Positions 1-8,861 of a stretch of 57,259 bases of DNA are shown here, piece by piece. This stretch comes from a virus (Duplodnaviria; Caudoviricetes): the IMG/VR virus record IMGVR_UViG_3300022074_000044, positions 1 through 57,259 of that record; one strand, given 5' to 3'. Under the pieces are notes generated by a model. It was given only the letters and a program-made list of their open reading frames with translations. It ran no database searches and was not told where the DNA came from. Positions within the stretch are counted from its first letter, which is position 1, and every line of letters starts with the position of its first letter. The position numbers and the translations under genes were made by a program.

Positions 1-363
1 TCCCAATACTGAACAAGTATCAGAATGATAAATTGATGTATTTGTAAAAACTCTACGATGAAAAACTTTTTCCGAATCTACTAGATCTATATCTTTCTTA
101 AATGAATTATTGGCAGTCTTCTTTGCAAATTCTATTGCTGGTTCAAATTTATCTAATAAACTTATATGATCACAAACATTCATAGCATACATTCCATACC
201 CTATAAACCCAGGCCCACTACACCATTCTAATATATGATGGACTCTACCATATTGTTCGATAACTAAGTTTAAATATTCTGTAAAGAAATAATCTCCACC
301 ACCATTTGTTTGTGGCGTATAGAAAATATCACACCCCTTAACTCTAAAAATATATTCTATCAC
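1..363 (-). CDS. Class I SAM-dependent methyltransferase (3' end runs off the window; not in the ORF track)
   Basis: Manual translation from GTG at 363 (GTGA overlap with the upstream stop): MIEYIFRVKGCDIFYTPQTNGGGDYF...HILEWCSGPGFIGYGM...ISLLDKFEPAIEFAKKT, open to position 1. LEWCSGPGFIG is a SAM-binding motif I, followed by an acidic motif II. Confidence 0.8.
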   Translation of the reverse strand, partial: MIEYIFRVKGCDIFYTPQTNGGGDYFFTEYLNLVIEQYGRVHHILEWCSGPGFIGYGMYAMNVCDHISLLDKFEPAIEFAKKTANNSFKKDIDLVDSEKVFHRRVFTNTSIYHSDTCSVLG

Positions 364-572
364 TCTTCATCATCTTCAACTTCTACCATTTCTAAATCGT
401 GGATCATATCGTGAAATACTTCATGTTCACCAATTCGATAGAGGTGCTTCATCTCACCAGTGTTATCTTCTGATTCTCCTAAGTATGCGATATCTTCACA
501 TGTGTGTTCTCTTAGCCACGCCTGTAGCCTGAAGTGCATCAGATCTGCTTTGCTGGCGGTTAACTTGTCCAT
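360..572 (-). CDS. Small acidic hypothetical protein (70 aa)
   Basis: Strong SD (GGAGGAGG) before the ATG; its stop overlaps the next start; overlaps the 3' end of the kinase gene by 77 nt. Confidence 0.7.
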   Translation of the reverse strand: MDKLTASKADLMHFRLQAWLREHTCEDIAYLGESEDNTGEMKHLYRIGEHEVFHDMIHDLEMVEVEDDEE

Positions 573-1341
573 GTCCTCCTCCGAATAATGATTCTATGTC
601 ATCCTGATTTAGATAATAAGCGCCAGGATGTGTTACTGAAATTGCAGCAGCTCTATTTGCTAAATCAATAGACTTCTGCATGTTGGATGTTTTTAGAAAC
701 TCGTAAACTAAAGCGGCTAGAAATGTATCTCCAGCACCACAAACATCAAATACTTTGACTACCTGAGGCTTAAAGGTAAATCCACTCCACTTAACACCAC
801 GAGATCCAAGAGTGACAATCAGATGAGTGTCGTTAGGTAGATGGTTTTTGTCCAAGAGATCATATTCTTTCTTGTTTATTTTCCAGAATACATTATCTTT
901 ATGAAAAAGTCTACGCTTCTTAGTGTCTACGAACACTGGTCTGTTAAAATTGTGACACAGATGCCATAAATCATCATCAGTTATGTATCCTTTGTCATAA
1001 TCTGAAATAACAATTGCATCAGGATTCATGTGCATCATCGCCATCTTCACTTCAGCATTTGCAATCCTACTCACTTCTGGAGTTTCATCCAAACGCATCA
1101 ACTGATAACCACTATTTGTGTCTATGAATCTTGTTTTAGTAATCTCTTCCCTTTGTGAAAGTAGAACAGTATTAATACCAAATGCCTTGAGATTTAATTC
1201 AGTGTTTGCAGCCATGCCTGGCCTTTCTTCTATCTTAGTATGATCCAAGACAGGAACAGGTTGTTCTGGGCTGAGTCTATTACACTCCCCAAAAACGTAC
1301 TTATCTGTACACTTATCCCCTATAACAATTACGTTAGCCAC
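496..1341 (-). CDS. hldA: PfkB-family sugar kinase, HldE/RfaE kinase domain (heptose-7-phosphate kinase-like)
   Basis: VIGDxxxDxY...RLSPEQPVPV, ISDYDKG and the PfkB signature DVCGAGDTF; adjacent to the matching nucleotidyltransferase half. Confidence 0.85.
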   Translation of the reverse strand: MANVIVIGDKCTDKYVFGECNRLSPEQPVPVLDHTKIEERPGMAANTELNLKAFGINTVLLSQREEITKTRFIDTNSGYQLMRLDETPEVSRIANAEVKMAMMHMNPDAIVISDYDKGYITDDDLWHLCHNFNRPVFVDTKKRRLFHKDNVFWKINKKEYDLLDKNHLPNDTHLIVTLGSRGVKWSGFTFKPQVVKVFDVCGAGDTFLAALVYEFLKTSNMQKSIDLANRAAAISVTHPGAYYLNQDDIESLFGGGHGQVNRQQSRSDALQATGVAKRTHM

Positions 1342-1729
1342 GAATCTTTTTAATGATATCGGTTGTTGAATGATTTAGGCGAGGTAAGAACCTCACTTCT
1401 TTTGCAGCATACATACCAACTATGTCTCCACCTTTCCAATCATCACCCAGTAATAGTATATCAGGTGAATACAATTCTATCAACCCCTCTAGTTGTTTTC
1501 TATCATTGAAATATAATACTTCATCAATATATTTTATCGCTTGTAACATCGAAATTCTGTCACAAAGATTATTGACGGGCTTAGACGGACCCTTATCTTG
1601 ACGTATCTTTTCATCAGTATCCGTGGCGACTATGAGTTTGTCTCCTAAAGACTTTCCAACTTTGAATAATTCTATGTGGCCTGGGTGTAGGATATCGAAA
1701 GTTCCGTTGCACCATACTACTTTACTCAT
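1334..1729 (-). CDS. hldC: HldE/RfaE nucleotidyltransferase domain (heptose-1-phosphate adenylyltransferase-like)
   Basis: NGTFDILHPGH (HIGH-type motif), KGPSKP, PDILLLGDDW, STTDII. Confidence 0.85.
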   Translation of the reverse strand: MSKVVWCNGTFDILHPGHIELFKVGKSLGDKLIVATDTDEKIRQDKGPSKPVNNLCDRISMLQAIKYIDEVLYFNDRKQLEGLIELYSPDILLLGDDWKGGDIVGMYAAKEVRFLPRLNHSTTDIIKKIRG

Positions 1730-3210
1730 AATGTATCTACATGTAAAAGATATTCAGAATGAGGAACAGAGTTCTTCTGATTTTCTGGTAAAGTTTTGTT
1801 TATAAAGTTTTTAAGTCTTGGCAGACAACTCACATCTTTTTTCCAATATTGTTTTGGATTAATTTCACCAGTCATCAGTTGACATAACCAAACTTGCCAA
1901 TTAGTTCCATCAAAGAAAGAACCCACTTTACCAGTTTGAATAGTTTGTCTGTGTTGATCTTGAATTTCCTGTTCAAAGAAAATCTGTGAAGGAGTTTTTT
2001 TGTATTTAGATCTCACAAAATCCCAGAACTTACCTTTTCTCTGGCAGTATGAATAGTGCATACTTACATAATCAACAGCAGTTTCAAAACTAGCTTTCAT
2101 CTTAGTATGAAAGAAAGATGGATCTATCTTAGAATTATAACTACACCCATAAATGGATTCCTCAAGATACTCAACACCTCTTATCATCAGTGCAAGTCCT
2201 GTACTTTCTAATGGTTCAATGAATCCAGCACTTAATCCTATTGGAACTACATTACCTTTCCAAAAACTTTGACTATACTGTGGTTTCCAATCTAACAATC
2301 TCATGTCATCTGGTTTTATTCTTCCTTCCCAATGATCAGAGAATGCCTGTGCAACTTCATCTGGATCTACAACATCTTGATTGAAACAATATCCTGTACC
2401 AATTCTAGATCTAGTAGGAATCTTCCATATCCAACCATGTTCCTGTGCTGGGCAAGCAGTGTATGGGTGTTGTTCTCCATGATGTTTATATTCAACTCTA
2501 GCAGCAAGAGCTGCATTTATAAACAATCTATCACTACAATCAACATTTTTCTTTCCTATCAACATCTGTTTCCAACCAGTACAATCTATGAATAGATCAC
2601 CAGTAATTTTTGATCCATCATCTAATACCAATTCTTTTATATTAGATTCAGTTAAATCATCAGCATTTCCATCTCTAATAACATCTACAACATCGGATTG
2701 AATATATTCTTTCAAGTGTGGTATAGTATTCATTTGTAAAAATTGTACTAATTTACCACAGTCAATTTGAAAGGCATATGAGTCATGTATATAATCTGTT
2801 TCTATTCTATTTTTCATAGAAGAAACGTACATTGGAGATATTTTTTTTATATCATACTCATCTTGATATGATGACCAGAGATCATACAAAGGTACTTTAG
2901 TATCCCCTACACTTGTAAATGAAAATGGATGCCATATTGTCTTATCTTCCTTACCCCAGCCTGGAAATAAAATACCAGATTTAAATGTTGCATCTATTTC
3001 TTTCATCCAATCGTTAGGTTTGTATCCCATTTGTCTCATGACATTTGGAAAACTTAAAAGAGTTGCTTCTCCTACACCTACTCTCTCTGGTTCTGATTTA
3101 TCAATTACAACTACATCCATCATCTTTCCCCATCTACGAGAAAACCAAGATGCAGTAATCCAACCAGCGGTTCCGCCACCAACAATAACTAGTCTTTTAA
3201 TTCTCTTCAT
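1726..3210 (-). CDS. Flavin-dependent (tryptophan halogenase family) halogenase
   Basis: GGGTAG FAD motif, GVGEAT, ATFKSGI (catalytic Lys position), WIWKIP (WxWxIP), FIEPLESTG. Confidence 0.9.
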   Translation of the reverse strand: MKRIKRLVIVGGGTAGWITASWFSRRWGKMMDVVVIDKSEPERVGVGEATLLSFPNVMRQMGYKPNDWMKEIDATFKSGILFPGWGKEDKTIWHPFSFTSVGDTKVPLYDLWSSYQDEYDIKKISPMYVSSMKNRIETDYIHDSYAFQIDCGKLVQFLQMNTIPHLKEYIQSDVVDVIRDGNADDLTESNIKELVLDDGSKITGDLFIDCTGWKQMLIGKKNVDCSDRLFINAALAARVEYKHHGEQHPYTACPAQEHGWIWKIPTRSRIGTGYCFNQDVVDPDEVAQAFSDHWEGRIKPDDMRLLDWKPQYSQSFWKGNVVPIGLSAGFIEPLESTGLALMIRGVEYLEESIYGCSYNSKIDPSFFHTKMKASFETAVDYVSMHYSYCQRKGKFWDFVRSKYKKTPSQIFFEQEIQDQHRQTIQTGKVGSFFDGTNWQVWLCQLMTGEINPKQYWKKDVSCLPRLKNFINKTLPENQKNSVPHSEYLLHVDTL

Positions 3211-3722
3211 CTTTGAAAAAATAAACTCAATGTAAATCTAAATTTTGGTGCCCTAACAGATTGTGGTCTTATCGCATGAGGTATAGATCCATCAAATAAA
3301 ATAATCCTGCCTGGCACATATAAAGATGTATGTGAAATTTCTTTTACATTATTCGGATTATAGAATATAGTTTCACCATGCCATCCATCTCTCCAATCTA
3401 GATTAACATAATATAGAGCAACTTGCAGATCATGATGTATGTGCATGTAATGTACATCATCAGGTCTAATTAAATTACAAACAACTGATTGAAGATTTTT
3501 ATTTACGAACCAATCAGTCTCATTTATACACTTAGTAATATGGGGAAATACATTAGTTGATACCAATTCCTTAGCAGTCCACTCACTGTAAATATTAAGA
3601 TCATATTTTTCTGGCACATCAGTATCTTCCCAACCTAATTTGAAAGTTGAGTTGACACAAAATTCCCACAAAACATCTCTTATATCGAATGGAACTTTAT
3701 CATCAAAAACACTCAAATTCAT
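3207..3722 (-). CDS. 2OG-Fe(II) oxygenase (prolyl-hydroxylase-like)
   Basis: HIHHD...LYYVNLDWRDGWHGETIF...PGRIILFDGSIPHAIRP...RFTL matches the DSBH oxygenase pattern. Confidence 0.8.
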   Translation of the reverse strand: MNLSVFDDKVPFDIRDVLWEFCVNSTFKLGWEDTDVPEKYDLNIYSEWTAKELVSTNVFPHITKCINETDWFVNKNLQSVVCNLIRPDDVHYMHIHHDLQVALYYVNLDWRDGWHGETIFYNPNNVKEISHTSLYVPGRIILFDGSIPHAIRPQSVRAPKFRFTLSLFFQR

Positions 3723-4186
3723 ATTAGATTACCTGACAATACACATCTACCTTTATGATTACTAGGAGGTACACAATGTGGGAAATCACTATCCCATATC
3801 ACACAAATTCCTTGATTTGCATAGAAGAAAGTTGGTTCAATTGTTTCTGGATCTTCGCTAAAATGTAATGATGAACTACCCTCTGGAACCTGTATGTAGT
3901 AGGCAAATGAATATCTAAAATCTCCTTTATGTGTGTGCCATTTGATACCACCACCATCACGATACCAAACTCCCCATATACTTTCTAACTTAGTATCTGT
4001 TGTTTCTTCTATCCAGTTTATAAATTTTTGAACTGCTTGTGAACTTTCGACTCCTGTTGCTATGTGGCAATTATCTGATCTTTCTATGTAACTCTCTGTT
4101 ATAGTTGGTTGTGAATTAAGAATGGCCACCTTCAATTCACTGTTATCTTCTTGATATGGATATTCGTATTCTTTTATTTCTCTCAT
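3719..4186 (-). CDS. Putative 2OG-Fe(II) oxygenase (HxH type)
   Basis: WGVWY...WHTH...SFAYYI...WDSDFPHCVP...RCVLSGN; typical small phage oxygenase. Confidence 0.75.
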   Translation of the reverse strand: MREIKEYEYPYQEDNSELKVAILNSQPTITESYIERSDNCHIATGVESSQAVQKFINWIEETTDTKLESIWGVWYRDGGGIKWHTHKGDFRYSFAYYIQVPEGSSSLHFSEDPETIEPTFFYANQGICVIWDSDFPHCVPPSNHKGRCVLSGNLI

Positions 4187-5988
4187 CAGTTCTTTATTTC
4201 GATCATAAGACCGTACTCAGGTAGATAGAGGTATTCTATCAAACTATTTGCAAGAGTCCTTAGAGCGTCGTCTAGGGTCTCTACAAGAGGTTCTCCACCT
4301 AAGTTGAAAGATGTATTGAAAATTATAGGACATCCTGTCTTATCGTACCAAGCCTTAATTAAATTATAGTAATGAGGATTGACATCTTCTGTAACTGTTT
4401 GGATTCTACATGTATCATCAACGTGAATGATTGCTGGAATCTTTTCTTTGATTCCTTCCTGACATTTAACAGCATACATCATAAATGGTGTATCATCCAT
4501 ACCACGAAGATCAAACCATTCATGTACATATTCTTTCAATATTGATCCAGCAAACGGTCTGAAATATTCACGACGTTTGATAGTATTGACATGATCTTTT
4601 CCTTTTGGATCTCTAGGATCATACATGATAGATCTATTACCTAATGCACGAGGACCTGATTCTGATTTACCTTGGAACATTGCAACAATATTCTTTTTAG
4701 AAATCAGATCAATTGCATCTTCATGTGTAGCCTCGAAGATTCTAGTTGCATCGTAATAATTTGCAAGATCTGTAATATACTCAGGATCATATTCATGAAC
4801 AGGTCCGTAATATAGATCTTTCATGGGTGGGTGAACTTTCATATTCTTACTTACTTTCTGATAGTGCCAGTATGCAGCACCTATAGCTGTTCCAGCATCA
4901 TTACTTACTGGTTCTACAAATAAATTGATACCCTTTTCTTTCAGTTGAGGAAGATACCAATAGTTTGCAACACAGTTTAATCCATATCCACCAGAAAGAA
5001 CTACATTCTTTTCACCGCTTATCTCAACTGCTTTGAAGATAAGATCTAACACCATAGACTGTGATTCTGTTTGGATTGCATATGCCATATCTCTACGATT
5101 ATCTAACTGAGTTATATCTTTTACTGTACTTGGATCTTGAGGTTCTCTTAGTTCTAAGAATCTACCTTTGTTTACAACTGCACCATTAGGATAGGTAGGT
5201 ACAATAAGATCTCTATTAGTAGTGGCCCAATCACTTCTACCATCATAGTTTGTATAGATGTCTGGTATCTCACTATTCTCTTTTCCATATGGGAATAGTC
5301 CCATAGTCTTACCAGCTTCAATAGGAGCCCAACCACAGTATTGAGTAACTGCCTCATATGCTTTTACGATACCAGCAGAGTCATCTAATATTAATTCATG
5401 TGTTCCTTCTTCTCCTTCTCTGTCAGAAGTAAATTTATCAATTCTTACTGCACCCCAAGGACCTCTACCTCCTTGATGTTTATATAATGTCTTAAACTTA
5501 TCTGGATATTCACACTGGATGATAGTTTCCAACTCCCATGTCATTTCCTGTTCTCTATCAATCTCCATAGGGATAAATGTCCCTGCACCATCTACGATAA
5601 CAGATACAGCACTCTCAAATCCTGATCTAAAGAAAGCACAAGATGAATGGAGTTTATGGTGAATATGACTATAATCTACTACTTGTGGATGTTTGTAAAT
5701 ATCTGCTTTACGATCAATCAAACCTAGTTTTCTTGCAAGGGCAATGTAAATAGGTTCACCTGTAAAATCATTTGATCCAGCTTGATCGAGTGGCTGTGTA
5801 TGTGCAACCACAAGATAATCAAGTCTATCAGTATAGTCTAATATCTTGATCATGGATGCCAAAGGACCTCCATCATATTTTTTCCTAGATAACCTTTCTT
5901 CTTCAATCGAAAAGACCATCTCTCCATCTTTCAGTAAACAAACACCAGAGTTATGTCCTCTGGCAATTGCTGCAATCCACTGTGTCAT
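4186..5988 (-). CDS. O-carbamoyltransferase (NodU/CmcH family)
   Basis: GHNSG, EEERLSRKK, HHKLH, DGAG, GKTMGL, SGGYGLNCVAN, NDAGTAIGAA, GPRALGNRS, RPFA, NTSFNLGGEP. Confidence 0.93.
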   Translation of the reverse strand: MTQWIAAIARGHNSGVCLLKDGEMVFSIEEERLSRKKYDGGPLASMIKILDYTDRLDYLVVAHTQPLDQAGSNDFTGEPIYIALARKLGLIDRKADIYKHPQVVDYSHIHHKLHSSCAFFRSGFESAVSVIVDGAGTFIPMEIDREQEMTWELETIIQCEYPDKFKTLYKHQGGRGPWGAVRIDKFTSDREGEEGTHELILDDSAGIVKAYEAVTQYCGWAPIEAGKTMGLFPYGKENSEIPDIYTNYDGRSDWATTNRDLIVPTYPNGAVVNKGRFLELREPQDPSTVKDITQLDNRRDMAYAIQTESQSMVLDLIFKAVEISGEKNVVLSGGYGLNCVANYWYLPQLKEKGINLFVEPVSNDAGTAIGAAYWHYQKVSKNMKVHPPMKDLYYGPVHEYDPEYITDLANYYDATRIFEATHEDAIDLISKKNIVAMFQGKSESGPRALGNRSIMYDPRDPKGKDHVNTIKRREYFRPFAGSILKEYVHEWFDLRGMDDTPFMMYAVKCQEGIKEKIPAIIHVDDTCRIQTVTEDVNPHYYNLIKAWYDKTGCPIIFNTSFNLGGEPLVETLDDALRTLANSLIEYLYLPEYGLMIEIKN

Positions 5989-5989
5989 A

Positions 5990-7240
5990 TTAAATAGATT
6001 TTTTTTCTATAGTAATTGCGTCTTCTTTATCTGACTTTAAGAGATTTTTAATTTCAGATTGAAAACCTTTTTTATTTTTTGGTTTTTTCTTAGTTTCCAT
6101 AGTGAAACTAGGTTTAGGAGCTCCTGTGAAAGAAGGAGCATTTGATGTTGGAGACCAAGTAGGAGTTGGGGGTCCTTGTCTAGGAACATCAGTTGTTGGA
6201 GCTGGTGATGCAATTCCCTGTCCTAGTGCTGGTTGTTGTTGAGGCGAACAAGATTGTCCCTGATCTTGTTGTGGAGGAACGAAAGTACCAGTATATGTTT
6301 TTGGTTTACCTAATCTCTTTCTACAAGATGCAACAATCTCATCAACTTGTTTCTTACTCAACTCCATCGCTTCATCATTAAAACGATCAACTCTTTCATC
6401 CATAGTGATTCTGATTGGAGCATATTCTCTACGACCATCACCGACATCAATAATATCAAATTCCTTATGGCCAGGATAACTGATATTTTCTGGATATGTG
6501 GAACCAACCACGACAGTTGCAGTTTTATCAAATGCTCTCGCAATATGTTGACCCACACTATCACATCCTAAGAAATGATCTGCAACATCAATAACAGCAG
6601 CCCATACTCTCATATCACTTATCTGTGGTCTAGCGATAGGATACTTATCTTCATTCTCCTCAGTTGCAAAGTGATGTTCACTCATAATGATTACTGCATA
6701 ATCTTTTTTGAGTTGATTGACAATATCAATAGCACCTATAAGAGACATGCTTCTTGAAGTTGGGTCTGCAATAAACTCTCCTATTTGTTGAACTGATCTC
6801 CCAAATGGTTGAATGACAATTACTTTATCTTTCTTAGTTGTTGCTTTAATTTCTTCTACGACATTATAACCAGTAATGATCTCCATCTTATTGAGTTCTA
6901 CTCTTGGTTTAGGTAGTTCTCTAGGTTCATCTAATCCGTTGATTGCGATATCATATGCCTGTGCGATACTACATTTCTGATTGTAATAATCCCATACTCT
7001 ATATGGTTCTGGAGTCTCGCAGTCTCTCTGTATTATATGTTCTTGAAAAAGATTTTTATGCCAGTGATCATATACTTTACCATCTAGTGTTGGGTGTCCC
7101 TTGAAGAAGTCTGTACCACCCTCACATACAATAATAAAGTCATCATGGTTCTCTGCATATTTTTCAAATGCAGGGATTGAACTTATTACTCTGCCTGCAC
7201 CACCATTAACAAAAAACGCTTTCGATCTCATAGTTTTCAT
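5990..7240 (-). CDS. GT-B fold glycosyltransferase, GT9 (heptosyltransferase)-like, with Pro/Gln-rich C-terminal tail
   Basis: N-terminal GGAGRVISSIPA (compare GT9 GxGD), IVIQPFG, WAAVIDVADHFLGCDSVGQHIARAFDKTATVVVGST (GT9 DSgxxHxAxA motif). Confidence 0.7.
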   Translation of the reverse strand: MKTMRSKAFFVNGGAGRVISSIPAFEKYAENHDDFIIVCEGGTDFFKGHPTLDGKVYDHWHKNLFQEHIIQRDCETPEPYRVWDYYNQKCSIAQAYDIAINGLDEPRELPKPRVELNKMEIITGYNVVEEIKATTKKDKVIVIQPFGRSVQQIGEFIADPTSRSMSLIGAIDIVNQLKKDYAVIIMSEHHFATEENEDKYPIARPQISDMRVWAAVIDVADHFLGCDSVGQHIARAFDKTATVVVGSTYPENISYPGHKEFDIIDVGDGRREYAPIRITMDERVDRFNDEAMELSKKQVDEIVASCRKRLGKPKTYTGTFVPPQQDQGQSCSPQQQPALGQGIASPAPTTDVPRQGPPTPTWSPTSNAPSFTGAPKPSFTMETKKKPKNKKGFQSEIKNLLKSDKEDAITIEKKSI

Positions 7241-7258
7241 AATTCCTGTACTATATAG

Positions 7259-7921
7259 TCACATAAAAAATACCTGTGCCAGTCTGGGATATTCCTTAAA
7301 CATTGACCTGTTTAGGATAGCTCCATGAGTATGACGGCCTTCATATAATACCATTCTATTATATTTCATCTCACTTGTCCACTTTATGTCTTTTTTGATG
7401 TTGTAACCATTACCGTAGGGGTGATCTTCTATAAATTTATAGAAATCTGTGCCTCCATTACACTCATCTGGTTTGTTCAAATATACTAATGCAGCCCACT
7501 TAGTTTCCATATCATCTTTGTGGTGAGTATAACAAAATATATCTTTATTAAACTTTTCATTTATATCCTCATGTGTCGTATGGTTGACCATGAATTTCAT
7601 ATTGTCCCACCTATATTGGAACATTCCTTCAGAATATTCTATATTTTGCCACTCTTCATGTTGGCAGAGTTTGGTGAATACTGGTCGAAGATTGTCAATC
7701 ATCTCTTGATTTTCTTCTACCACTCTTGACCCTACAAGTCCACCACAATATTCTTTATCTGTTTTCAAATCACATGATAGAGCATAGTCTCTTATCTCAT
7801 CAGGATTTTTATAGAAGTCATCAATTACGAATACTTTTCGCCAACAATAACCAGCATCATTCCATCTAGAATGATCATAAACCCTGTATACCAAAGGATC
7901 TATAGAATTTATTTCAAACAT
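7259..7921 (-). CDS. 2OG-Fe(II) oxygenase-like protein (DUF6445-like)
   Basis: VIDDFYKNPDEIR N-terminus, HKD triad, WAALVYLN, GGTDFY, YNRMVLY, THGA, RLAQVFF. Confidence 0.75.
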   Translation of the reverse strand: MFEINSIDPLVYRVYDHSRWNDAGYCWRKVFVIDDFYKNPDEIRDYALSCDLKTDKEYCGGLVGSRVVEENQEMIDNLRPVFTKLCQHEEWQNIEYSEGMFQYRWDNMKFMVNHTTHEDINEKFNKDIFCYTHHKDDMETKWAALVYLNKPDECNGGTDFYKFIEDHPYGNGYNIKKDIKWTSEMKYNRMVLYEGRHTHGAILNRSMFKEYPRLAQVFFM

Positions 7922-7934
7922 AACCCCAGATAAT

Positions 7935-7960
7935 AAAAAAGATCCCCATAAGAGGATCTT
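7935..7960 (-). terminator. Intrinsic terminator-like hairpin
   Basis: Minus strand AAGATCCTC-TTAT-GGGGATCTT running into a T tract. Confidence 0.65.
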
Positions 7961-7987
7961 GAATTAACTTATATATAAAAGTTTACT

Positions 7988-8773
7988 TTACGCTGCGTTA
8001 GGTGGCATCCATGATTCTGCCTCTGTTGCATCTGCGTCTGGCTGTTTTGGTGGATCAGTGAAGTTAGGTTCAGCTGGGAACATTAAGTCAGCAAAGTTAG
8101 GGTGAACTCCAGCAGCTTGCATTTTGCTTGGAAGATCTCTTAACTGTTGACGATATGTTTTCCACTGATCTTTAAGTGAATCAGGCATATCTTCTGCAAT
8201 CTGACCATCACTATTAGAAAGAACATTGTTTCTATGAGCTCTAACGTGATCCCATGTTTTGTCTAGGTCAACACCATTTAACTTTTCTTTTGGTGTGAAT
8301 TCTTTTATAGAAATGTCATCAGGGCCTGCACTGCCTGGATTTGCAACTGTGATACTCTCGTAGTTGTAAATGTCATCTGGGAAGAGTGTTGAAGAATATG
8401 AGAATCTGTCATATCCATCAGAAGTTAGATCTGGAGATCCAGCATGGAATACATCACTTCCAGCACCTCTGTCTTCTTCCTTCTCGTTAACAACTGGGCC
8501 TCTGAGTTGACAGATGAGTGTGTGAAGATTTGATCTAGCACAGTCTACTTCGTACCACTGTACAACGTCTAGTGGCTTGGGACGACCATCTGCAATGTCA
8601 TCTTCTGTGAGAGGACCATAAAGTTCTTTTCCATCTGCACCAATTTGTAGATAGATTTTGTCTGGACCATCATAAGTTTGGTCTCTATACTTTCCATCAC
8701 TAAATGAGTGATCTGTTAGAAAGTCATTAGGTAATGACAGTTGCCATCCCTGTTCGATAATTTTAGTTGCCAT
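7988..8773 (-). CDS. Tail-fibre assembly chaperone-like protein
   Basis: C-terminal WDHVRAHRNNVLSNSD...WKTYRQQLRDLP...FPAEP matches the phage tail assembly chaperone motif (R..R+.LL..SD...W..YRQ.LRDLP); lies directly after the fibre-tip genes. Confidence 0.75.
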   Translation of the reverse strand: MATKIIEQGWQLSLPNDFLTDHSFSDGKYRDQTYDGPDKIYLQIGADGKELYGPLTEDDIADGRPKPLDVVQWYEVDCARSNLHTLICQLRGPVVNEKEEDRGAGSDVFHAGSPDLTSDGYDRFSYSSTLFPDDIYNYESITVANPGSAGPDDISIKEFTPKEKLNGVDLDKTWDHVRAHRNNVLSNSDGQIAEDMPDSLKDQWKTYRQQLRDLPSKMQAAGVHPNFADLMFPAEPNFTDPPKQPDADATEAESWMPPNAA

Positions 8774-8806
8774 TTTGGATTTCTTCGGGTTTTCTCCTTC
8801 GATTAT

Positions 8807-8814
8807 TATTTATA
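8807..8814 (-). promoter_or_regulatory. T4-type late promoter TATAAATA
   Basis: Exact consensus, intergenic, about 35 nt upstream of the ATG, with an AAGGAG between them. Confidence 0.8.
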
Positions 8815-8841
8815 AAAAAAGAGGGTCTATGACCCCCTTTT
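8814..8841 (-). terminator. Intrinsic terminator after the Cys-rich trio
   Basis: AAGGGGGTC-ATA-GACCCTCTT followed by a T run. Confidence 0.75.
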
Positions 8842-8861
8842 CAGATATTTTCTTGTTCGGT

